Positions 49,097 to 60,431 of a stretch of 64,000 nucleotides of DNA are shown one piece after another. Positions within the stretch are counted from its first letter, which is position 1; every line of letters starts with the position of its first letter. The stretch is from Fonticula alba ATCC 38817 (Eukaryota > Protista > Nucleariida): NCBI GenBank assembly GCA_000388065.2, contig KB932201.1. One strand, written 5' to 3'. The translations under genes were made by a program, and so were the position numbers. Below the pieces are notes generated by a model, which worked only from the letters and a program-made list of their open reading frames with translations, did not search any database and had not been told where the DNA came from.

Positions 49097-51381
49097 CACG
49101 CGTGCCAGCATGCTTGAGGCGCGCCGGCAAAGGGAGAGATGTACGGCGGGGGCCGGGCCGGGGGGGAACCGGGAGCCGGGCAGGGGCGAGGGGGCCATGT
49201 GTCCCACTTTGGCGCGAGTGCGCGCGCGCGCGCGCACACGCATGCACGCACGCGTTCCGCACTCGGCCTGAGACTAGTTTCTGCCGCGGCCACGACATAA
49301 ATGCCTCACTTCTTGCCTCGCACACATTTTGCCCCGGCGCCCCGGCGCGCCCCCCCCCCCCCCCCCGGCCCGGTCCCCTCGAGCGGGACCGGTGGGAGCG
49401 GTCAAACACATGGGCACACCCAGCAAACGGCGGACATGCCAGGCCCCGTCCCGCTGCTTCGACCGTCCCTCACCGGGCAGGCTGGCCCGGGGCAACAACA
49501 CAAGAGCCCTGATCCCCCACGCGGAGATGGGCAGGGCATTGCGCAGACCCTCCTTTGCGGGGGCTCTCGCCTTGGGGGGCGGGGGGGCACACTGGGCGGG
49601 AAAGTGCGGCGAGCCGGATCTCGCGAGCATGATCGGTGCCCGGTTGAGGTCGCGTCCGCCCGAAAGCAAGGGGCGCGGGAGGAAGCCGAACGGCCGAGCG
49701 CCCGCATGTTCAACCACAGGACTCGGGGACCGGGGCATGCTGGGGCGGGGGGAGGGGGGGGGGGGGTCTGGTCGGAGACAGGACTCCCCCCATACCGGGA
49801 GCCTTCTTCCCCGCCGATTGCAGCTGCCTCCGTGGGGCTTGGAGGGCTGGCCCCAGGCAAAGTCGATCGCAGCCAGCCACCCCTCGCGCACGCGCCTCCG
49901 GCGCCGCTCCAGACCGGCCGCCGCTCCCGGACACGGAGCCCGCCCGGGCCCGGCCAGGCTGCACACGGCCAGCATGACCTCCTTCGCCACAGGGCGCAGA
50001 TTGCCACCCATTGAATGTCTTCCGTGGGCCCGCCACTCGAGATCGCCCCCAGGCAGGTGTCCCTTGGCATCGGATCCGCCCGGGGGGGAGAGGGGGCGGG
50101 GCCATACCTCGCGGGCAAAAAAATATAACAGGCCCAACCGCAACAAGAGGAACAACGAGACCACAAGGGTGAAGCCCCAGCCAAACACGAAGGAGGGGGG
50201 GGCCTGCGGCCGGGGGCGCCATGCGTCGGCCCCGAAGGGCAGGGCCGCGTACGCCGGTCAGCCAGAGAGGGGGGTGGGCGAGGGCGGGGGGGGGGCACGG
50301 CTGTTATTGTTGTTGGCGTGCCCGCCGTCGCCGCCAGGACAAACGGCCGACGAGACTGCAGCAGGACCGGCACCTTTGCCGCTTCTCGCCCTGCCCTGGC
50401 CTTGCGGGCGCTTGGCCACGGGTCCCGGGCATCGACCGTCGTTTCCGAAGGCACCGCATGCGTACCCCCCCCCCCCCCCCCCCCCCCCCCTCCCCCCCTC
50501 AGGCGTGCTTGCCTGGCGCATGAAGGAGGACCATTCCCCGTCCCCCGGAGTGCCCGCATGTACAGGCACAGGTCGTAGGAGAGAGGACACCGTTTACGGC
50601 TGAGAGAACACCACCCCCTGGTGCCGGGGCGCGCGCGCCGGGCTGGGAACGCGTGCTCGCTCGCGCGCCGGGGCCAGCCAACAAATTCTGAAAGTCATGG
50701 CGCGCATATTTCGAGATCGAAATGCCATTCTAGATTCGACGTGATTTCGCTCAATAGGTCACGTACATGCGGTGGATTTCCCAGGCGCACATCAACCGGC
50801 ACATGCGAGCGCGCGCGCGCGCACGCTCGCACGCCTCGAACAACAGGCCGTTGGGCAGCCTCCTCCCGACCATCCTGGTGTACACGACGCAAGAAGCGCG
50901 CGATTGGGCATGGAAAGGAGAGAGGGAGAGGCCCCTGATCTGCTGCCCTTCCCCCGCTCTCCCCCGACACACACGCACACACATGCACACATAGTGACAC
51001 ACAGATGTGCAAGAAAACAGCATCTGCAGGATCTGCAAAAGGTAATAACTATATTACAAAGTGGGCAAGCTGTAAAAAGAAGGAACGTGGCGTGCAGGCG
51101 CACACAACAGAGGCGAGCACTTGGGCGGTGGAGGGAGGGTAGGCAAAAATCGGCAGGGGAGGAGAGAGAGAGAGAGGGGGGGGGGGAGGGGGGAAGGAAG
51201 GAAATACGGGCGCGGGGACCCCTCCTTGGCACTCACACCAGCCCTCCCCCCGTCCCCCGAGACACATCCCCCCCGCGCACACAATACTCCAAAAGAAAAA
51301 CTGGAGTGCACATACAAATACACACAGACAAGCACACGCCCTCAGCTCCTGGACTTCTCCATCCTCTGCACTACCGCCCTT

Positions 51382-54145
51382 TCAGGGGGAGGGAGAGTAG
51401 GAGTACGGGCTGTAGTTCGTGGCGCCGCTGTCGCCGTCGTGCGCAGCGGCAGCAGCCGAGCTGCCGCCACGCGGGGAAACCGGCGACGCATCGCGGTGGT
51501 GGCGTGCGCCACCGGCGGACTTGCCACTGGCGCCGCTGACGCTCGACCGGCGGCCGGAGCCACGCGAGGACGAGGGCGCCGGGTCGGACGGCGAGATCAG
51601 GCTCGCGGGGTCCATGACACCCGAGTCGCCACCGGGGGAGTGATGGTGACGGCCGCCATAGGAGCCACCATCCTCCGCGGAGGGAGAGTGATGGCCGGCA
51701 GCGTGGGAGTCACCGGCGCGGCCGGCTTCGGAGCTGGCGCTGTTGCCGCCGTTGGAAACGTCATCAGACGCCGGGCGCCGGGAGGCGGCCGACCGGCCGC
51801 CACGGTCCTCGCCGCCATCGACGGCCGAGCCGCCATGGTGCTCGCCGACATCGGCAGACCGGGAGGAGGAAGAGGCGTCGTGCTCGGAGGAGGAGCGCGA
51901 GTTGCCGCCCTGGTGGCCGCCACGGCCGCCACCACGGCCACCACGACGGGACATCGAATCGCCGCCATACCCACCGGCACCATTGCCGCCGTTGTAGCCG
52001 CCGCGACGGTCGCGGCTGTTCCAGCCACCGCCGCCATAGCCACCACGGCGATCACCGCCGTAGCGCTCAGTGGCATAACGATCGCCACCGTAACGATCAC
52101 CGCCGTAACGATCGCCACCACCATAGCGGTCGCTGCCGCCATGGCGATCGCCGCCACCGTAGCGGTCAGCGCCACCATGACGATCGCTGCCGCTATGGCG
52201 GCTCCCGCGCTCCGGGCTGCGGCTAGACCCGCGATGACGCTCCGGGCTGCGCTCGGACCGGCGCTCGGGGCTCCGGTCAGACCGGCGCTCATCCGGACGC
52301 GAGGAAGACGAAGAAGCAGAAGTGGAGGAAGACCCGGCAGCAGTGCCGGCGGTGGAGACCTCATCGCGGCGATCGCCACGGCGACCCTCGTCGTGGCGAT
52401 CACGCGGACGCGAGGAATACCGGTCCGGGCTGCCGCCGCGAGTGTGGTCCGGGCTGCGATCGCGCTCGCGGCTGCGGTCGCGCTCGCGGCTGCGGTCGCG
52501 CTCGCGGCTGCGGTCGCGGCTGCGGCTGCGATGACGCCCATAGCGCTCCGGGCTCCAGCCCCGGTCGTCGTAGCGATCACGCTCGCCGCCGTAGTAGCCG
52601 CCACGGCCGCCACGGAAGCCGCCACGACCGCCGCGGAAGCCGGGACCGCCATGATGGCTGCCACGACCACTGGAGGGTGGAAAGTCCGTGTCAGGGGGGA
52701 ATCATCCGGCTGAGGGCAGGGAGAAGGGGGGGGGGCGGGAAAACGGAGGACAAGCAAATCGAGGGCATACCCATCAAGACGGCCGTTGCCACGACCGCGG
52801 TAGTTGTTGTTGGACCGACCGTGGGAGATCTCGACCGAGATGCTCCGGCCCTCGAAGGTGTGGCCGTTCAGCTGCTCCATGGCGCGGCGGGCATCATCCA
52901 TGTTGCCGAAGGTGACGAACGCGAAGCCTGGACATCAACAACGGAGGGGAGAGGGAGGGGGAGAGGAAAGCCACGCGCAGAAGGGGCCGGAAGGGGGTGC
53001 GGGTCCAAATGTCAGGAGGGAGGAGAGGCGGAGGGGGGGGGAGGGGGGGGAGGGGCATGAGAGCCGAGTGAAGAGGCAAGCGCTTTTGACGAACCGGGAG
53101 GATGGCGGGCAACCCAGAAGTCGACGACGTTGGCCTGTGCCTCGAAGAGTCGGCGAAGCTCGCGCTCGTCGGTGTGGTTGCCCAGGTTGCCGACATGGAC
53201 CTTGACACTGAAGAGGGGACGATCGGAGGGGAGATGGGAGAGGGGGCCGCGCGCGCGTGTGTCCCGGGTGCACAAGAGGAGTTAGGAGTCGGGTCTCACG
53301 TCGGGGGAGGCCGTGCACGGGAGGGAGGAGCGGCGGATGACGGCGGAGTCGGAGGGTGGGCGGTGGGCGGTGGACGGTGGCGAGCAGGCGAGCAGGCAGG
53401 CGAGCAAGCAAGCAGGCGGACAGGCGAGCAGGCAGGCAAGCAAGCAGCCTAGTGGCCAAACTGACAAGCAGACAGGCGGACAGGCGGACAGGAAGATATG
53501 CAGGCTTGATATCAAGTAGATAGTGATGCCAGTATCGGTGCCAGTGGCGGTGGCGATGGGAAGCGGCGGTGGCGGTGGAGGCGGTGGAGGCGCTTCTCTC
53601 TTGCCCTGCGAAAGACAGAGCAAGAGCGCCATGTCGAGGGAGTAGGAACCGGAAAGGGGGGGGGAGGGAAGAAACAGGAGAAGGAAATATGCGGATGGCG
53701 GATGGGAATGGACGAGGCAGACGAGAGACCAGACAGCGCGCGGCAAGGTGGGGAGGGCGCATGCGCGGCATGTGGAAGCCCTGACGGTAGAGTGGACCAA
53801 CATTCATACGTGCATGTGTATATGTGTGTGTGTGTGCATGCGCGTGCAGGTGTACACACGCAGACACATACATACATATACACATAACCACCCAAATACA
53901 CATTCGCGTGGGCAAAGGTGTGTGAAGCCATGCCCTCACAGGCAGGAGCTGCACAGCCTCGAAGAAGACAGTATACACACATACACACACACACACACAG
54001 CAGGGGGGCTGCCTCGGAAAACCCGAGGCGAAGACCCCTTCGGACAGTCGAACTCAGAGCATGGAAGGGAGGAAGAGGGGAAGCAAGGGAAGATGCTGGG
54101 AGGGGAGGAAAGTCACGGATGTGAAAGGGCATACGAATCAGGCAT
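51382..54145 (-). CDS. SRSF3/SRSF7-like SR protein (RRM plus RGG/RS/YGGDR tail, ~522 aa); exons 54145-54135, 53207-53095, 52927-52771, 52669-51382
   Basis: RRM KVHVGNLG...WVARHPPGFAFVTF..MDDARRAMEQLNG...ISVEIS matches SRp20/9G8 (WVARNPPGFAFVEF), followed by RSRSRDRSRERD repeats. CDS 1569 nt; the 11-nt first exon (ATG CCT GAT TC|GTATGC) is inferred. Confidence 0.9.
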
Positions 54146-54540
54146 GGTTGGGGGGGGGGAGGTGCTGTAAGCGGGACGCGAGGGGGCGCGTGGAAGCAAA
54201 CAGAAAACCGGGGGGGGGAGGAGAGGGGGTTGGTTGGACACCAATCGGGAGTCAAAGCTGGGGGAGCCACGTTTTCAGAAACAAGAGGAGGCCTCCCTGC
54301 GGAGGGCCCGCGAGAAGGAGGCGCGGAGACGTGCCGGTGTCGACCGTTGGACGGGAGGGGGGGCGTCCGCGCAATTCCGCCCCGCACCCCCCCCTTGGAG
54401 TGCGGGACTCCCGCCCCCATCCCCCCGGAGGACATGGACAACCGATACCCCGTTCGCCAGGGCAGGGCGGGGGGGGGAAACTTGTCTGACAACTGACCGC
54501 GGTGTAGGCTGCCCCCCGAGTGAGAAATACCCCTCGCAAG

Positions 54541-54580
54541 GGACGACCAATAATCGTCCAATAATAGAAGTCGGGTTATA
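54541..54580. promoter_or_regulatory. Tandem CCAATAA(T) boxes, the first flanked by a 6-bp inverted repeat, upstream of the SR gene
   Basis: GGACGA-CCAATAA-TCGTCC-AATAAT, then TTATAT, forming an AT-rich island in GC-rich DNA about 400 bp upstream of the inferred ATG. Confidence 0.35.
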
Positions 54581-57500
54581 TGGGGCGGGTACTGCGAGCC
54601 GGCCGAGCCGGCCCGGCGAAGGCAGGCCCCTTCCCCCCTCTCTCCAACCGGGGGAAAGCTATACCGAGCCGGGTTTAGTGAGATGGAGTCACATGCCCGT
54701 TATCCGGTTATTCAGCATTCTCGTGCTGCTTCGGCGTCGGCACCTGACCCGGTCGCGGTTCTGGGTCTGATGCCCAAAGCCCCAGCGGGGCGCTGCCTTC
54801 TCGGCGCCAGGGCCGGGCGGGCTTCGAAAGGGTGTGTCCGCACCCGGAGCAGCCAAATCCCCCGGTCCTCGCCCCGGTTAACTCCCCCTATTTGTCGGCT
54901 TCGGGATGGCCCTCCGTGCCGGGTGCGGGGGGCGTTCTCTTTCTCGGAGAATACGGCTCCCCCTACCCGAGTTTCTCTCGCTCACTCTCTCTCTCTCTCT
55001 CTCTCTCGCAGTCCGTGTGTCTGGTCGCCTCGCCGACAAGATTCGCGTCGAGCACATGCCGGCCGCGTGCACCTCACTGCCGTCGGGCGCTTGCTGATGT
55101 CATCACCACGCGACGAGGACAGCGAGCCATGACCATCGAAAGGCACCCTCAGGGTTGGGGACTTCAAGGGGGCGGGGGACGACACGGGAGAACAAGTATC
55201 TGTCTGTGCCTCTCTGCTCGACACGGCTGCCACAACCGAGAGTCCCGGCCCGTGAGTCTGAAATAGAAGCATGTACTTCTGGTCTTCACCTGATGACACT
55301 GAGTGCTCCGCGGCGGGAAAAACGCCCCCCCCCGACGTTGGCGCTTGTTTGTGCAGGCGTCTCTCCCCCGGCAGGAGCCCGGCTCCGGTCGATTTATCTC
55401 GCTCGCTCTGTCGCCGGCTCTTGTCCCCTCCCGCCGGCCCCCGACGGAGGGGGCGGGGCTGTAGGACTGGATGGCCGTCCTCAGTGTACCCCCCCCCCCC
55501 CCCCCCCCACCAGCCTGGTGAAGTGTCTCCTGCCGGCCGGGGGCTTCTCAGTGCGTGTGCGCGGAGAGGGGGAGGATACTTCGGAGAAACGGACAGCAAC
55601 CAAACACCAGTATTTAGGTCAGCTGCCCGGGGACTATCTTCCCCGAGCACTTGTGCGTGGTCCCACCACTCTTGCGCATGCAGCATGGTGCGTTCAGAGG
55701 TCCACCAGACAACTCCCCTGTGGCCCGGGCCATTGTGTGTGGCAGTGTGTGTATGTGTGGCAGTGTGTGTGTGTGTATGTGTGTATGTGTGCGTGCGTGC
55801 GTGGGCGGGGGGGGGTTAGAGGAAGGGTGGCGTGTGGATGGGTGTCGGGCGGGCAGGCTGCTTACGGGATGTTTGGTTAATGTGCCGCGCGGGAGGCCAA
55901 ATGCCCTGGGCATTTGCGTCCAGAGTCTTTCCGGTGCTCGGCTGTTGGGCTAGCCTTCCAGCCAGCCACAGTCATCTAGTTTCCACGACCGTGGAAAGTC
56001 CCCCCTGTCCCCGTCCCCGGGCTGGGCGTCCACCATGGTCGACCTCCAGCTCAACCGGCGAGAATATTCCACCGCTGGCCGCCCATCCCTCGGGCGGCAG
56101 GTTCTGTGGCCGGCCCAAAAATGAAGGCAACCCGGGGCGCCCTGGGGCGGCCTGCGCCCGTGCGGGTGCACGCGCCCGCCTTTGTACACGCATTTGCGCA
56201 CTTACACTCGCACCCACAGAAAAGCACGTTGTTGGCCAGCGGCCCCCCCCCCCCTCCCCCCCGGGTCTGGCCGGATTGAGCAGGCGCACGCATGGGCTCG
56301 CCCCCCGCCAAGGTACAAGGTTCCGGGCCGGCACGCCGCGACACACGAGCGCGCCAGGTGCCAACATAGACCCGGCAGCGCATACGCCGCAGTATCGGGC
56401 CCCTCTAGACTGGCAAGTGATTAGGGCTGCTTGCATGCCCTTCGCTCCCTCCCCACGCGCTCGTCCCGCCCCCGTCCCCCCCCCCCCCCCCCGGGGGGCC
56501 GGGGGTACACGCCAGCCCTGTTGTGCAAGCGCTCCTGCTGGAGGCCCGGGGGAATTCGGCTCGGTCTGCGAAGACCGCGGCTTCTCGGTGTTCCTGGATG
56601 GTTCCGATCGTGCGGGTCTCCTTCCGCGACCGAGTGACCGACCAGCCGGGCGGCAGGGGAGGGGGGGAATCCTTTAACGGCGGCCCCAGAAAGGGGATGG
56701 TCGACAGGTCCGCCCCGGAGTGTCCGACGCTCAGGAGACCTCGTGCCTCCGAGAGGCGACTGTCGGTCTCTGCAATTCCCCCAGGCCTCAAGTATCCCAG
56801 GTGCGGGTGAGGCTCACGGGTTGGATCGGCCGGGCGGTCCGCCCCTGGCCGCCGAGACACCCGCGCGCCTCGGGGGAAGTCCCCCTCCCCCTGAGCATCT
56901 GCTCACCGGCCCCTGTGGTTCTGAAGATGTGCTGTGCCATGTTGTGCAATTGCCCCGAAGAGCATGCCCGCCCCCCCCCCCCCCAGCCCTTCGACTCACC
57001 CTCTGCCCCGGGGGTGGGGTCGGGACAGGCGGGGTGCGTGAGTGTGGAAGCACTGAGGCTCTGCCGGCTCGGCTCACGCAAGTATGCTCTTTGCCCGGTG
57101 CGAAGAGAGAGGCGAAGGGGGATGGGGGTGGGGGTGGGGGGAGGGGACGGAATTATCTGCGCTTCCTCGACAGACCCCCCCCCCCCCGNNNNNNNNNNNN
57201 NNNNNNNNNNNNNNNNNNNNNNNNNNNNNNNNNNNNNNNNNNNNNNNNNNNNNNNNNNNNNNNNNNNNNNNNNNNNNNNNNNNNNNNNNNNNNNNNNNNN
57301 NNNNNNNNNNNNNNNNNNNNNNNNNNNNNNNNNNNNNNNNNNNNNNNNNNNNNNNNNNGGGGGGGGAAGGGGGGCAGAGTACATCATAAGCCACCGAAGT
57401 CGGAAGCTCCGGCGCAGGGCGGCGGTTTTCAGCTAGCCGATGGGTGTAAAAATCCTATTTTCCTCTCTTCCCCCTCCTCTTCCCTCGCTGCGTGTTTGTG

Positions 57501-57712
57501 TGTTCCTCCCCCACCCGCGCGTCCCCCTCCCCCCCCCCACCACACAGCAGAATCAGCTCCGTGAGTTTCTGCCTTCCTCTTTTCAGACCTTGCGATAGGT
57601 GCGCGCAGCCCCTTTCTCGGCCCCCCCCCCCCCACACACACGCCCCGCTCCTGGTTGCCCTTCTTTTTTCTCACACATCCCCCCCCCCCTCCCCCCGATC
57701 CGGTCATCGTAG

Positions 57713-58177
<465 letters not shown>

Positions 58178-60431
58178 GGAGGCCGGCGCACACTCCTCCC
58201 CCGAGCACACATGTGCTCGAGAGCAGTCCCGCCCCCCCCCCTCCCTCGCGCATGTGTGTCTGGTGCATACATAGGGTTTGCGCGCTGTGTGGGTGAGTGT
58301 GTCACTTGTGGACGTGCAGCCGCTGTGTGGTGATCCCAGTGTGTGTGCCCCCCCCCCCTTCCCACCCCTCTCTTCTCCCTCTCCTTGTAGTTGTTGGGCG
58401 CATGTGCATCCCCCTCCTTTCCCCTTGTGCATGTGTGTGTGTGTGCATGTGCCCCGTCGTCCTCTTTTCTCCCCCTCTCGCCTCCCTCTCTTCGCGCTCT
58501 CTCCCCCACCCCACCCCCTTGTGCCGATATACAGCGTCAGCCCTTTTCTCTTCCATATTCCCCCCACCCCTGCCTTGTGTTTCTCTCGGCTCCTTTCACC
58601 CCGCCCCACCCCACCCCCCCTGCCATAGCGCCATCTCCATCGCGCTTGCTTCCGTCTTCCCTTTCCTGTGTGGGGCATGGCTGGCCTTTCTCCCTTCATC
58701 TTCTTCATATGGGTCCCGCCACAAAGGGCGAGGAGGCGGGGGGATTCATGAAGATGACGGGGGAGAATGGGGGGGGGGGGGGGGGCCTGCCTTGTGCTCC
58801 CTTTCGTCATGAGAGATCTCCAGTGCTCAGATAGGATGCAGTAATGGTCGGAGGGGGGGGGGGGGACGAGAGGGGGCCACAAAATCGGCCGGCGATGGGC
58901 TGGCCCGCCGGACGCCGCCGGGAGCTTCGCTTCGCGACCCCTGGCCCCCCTCGTTGTTCCTCTCTTTCTTTCCCCCTCCCTCCATCGCTCTTTCTCTCTG
59001 TCTCCGTCTCAGCCGACAATACCGGCGGCTGGCCATTAGTCAAAGCAATCAGGGTGGGCAGAGGCGAGGGGCACAGTTTCCGGCATTTTCGGGCGCCCTG
59101 CCCCCCCCCCCCCCCCCTCGACCCGGGGGTACGTGCTTCCCCCCGATGGCCGGGAGACTTTGCGACGGAGGGCGTCTGTTGTCCCGGCCGACATTCTTTC
59201 AGCGAGGTCCCTTTCTTCACGAGCACCACTTGGACGCTCGGCCGATGTCAGGTCAAACACGCGTCTTCTCTTGTCCCAATTTTCTTTGCCAGGAGGAGAA
59301 ACTCTGGCAGCCTCCCAACCAGAAGTGTGGACACACATACATCGATGCACACCCACATGCGCACTCTCACACACTCAGTCAAACACTGAGACCCACACAA
59401 ATACACCCTCTCGCCAACACATGTAGACGTGCGCGGGGATGGACACACGTATTAAGACATACACACATACATGCAGACAGGACAAACATATTCGGACACA
59501 CGGCCGCCGGTGAGGAGGGTGCACCAAGCATTTTTCGGGCTTGTCCCCGCTGGCGAAAGGGGGCAGGGGGGGGGGGGGCGCGCGCGCGCAGGGGCGGTTC
59601 ATGCCACGCCATTGGTCTTTGCGAGGACCTTGGGCGAGTCGAGCGAGAGCAAATGGGCCCAGAGGCCATGGCGAATGGCGATATCCTCAGGCCTCCAATC
59701 ACATGCACAGATGGCATGATCAGCCCGATAGAAGCACGGGCCCCGCCAAAGGCGTGGCGTCAAAGTGGCATGGGCGCCCCTTTTGGCATTCCTCAGTGTC
59801 GGCTGACCAGTGGATGGGTCTAGCCCACAGTCTCCCAAGCCCGCCCGGCTTGATGTTCCCCGGGGACCCCTCCTCGCTTGTTTCCATCTTGGAAGCATGC
59901 CCCTCCTGGAGGCTGTTGCCCCCCCCCCATCCCATCTGCCAGTCCCGCCTACTGAAGGCGTGCGAGGGTTTTTTTCTCGTGGGGTGGATCATCCTCCACA
60001 GTGGCCCTGCTGAATTTTTTTTTTTGGCGTAGGCATGCCTTTTGGCACATGTGAACCACACACTCGCGACGGGGAATGCCTCAGGCCATGGTCGAGGCCT
60101 GGGGCGCAGGACGGGAAACGGGCGGAGAGGGGTCTTCCACAAAGCGGAGAGATATAAATAAAAGGGCACCCGGCCACAGACCTGTACATGCTCTCTTGCT
60201 GCTGGTCGGGGCGCTACCGGAAGAGGGGTCTCCTCTGGAGCTGGAGATACTGATGGGGGCGCGCGCATGAGAGGATGTGTGTGTGTATTTTGAGATGTCT
60301 GTCTATTTTTCTTTTCCGAAAATACAAGTGTGAGGGCGGCGCGCAGGCGGCTCGCGGGGAGGGGAAAGTACACCTCTCCACCGCCACCATGCGGCACGCA
60401 TGCACGCTCATATCCGCGCCCTCTTGCGCGC

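Noticed and set aside
48500-51300. Several 100-420-aa ORFs between the giant gene and the SR gene, and at 54200-57700 and 58200-60400
   Set aside because: Low-complexity Arg/Gly/Pro translations without codon bias, recognisable motifs or consistent splice signals.
55285-55310. TGATGA followed by CTGA as a possible C/D snoRNA
   Set aside because: The boxes are only about 2 nt apart, with no guide region or terminal stem.
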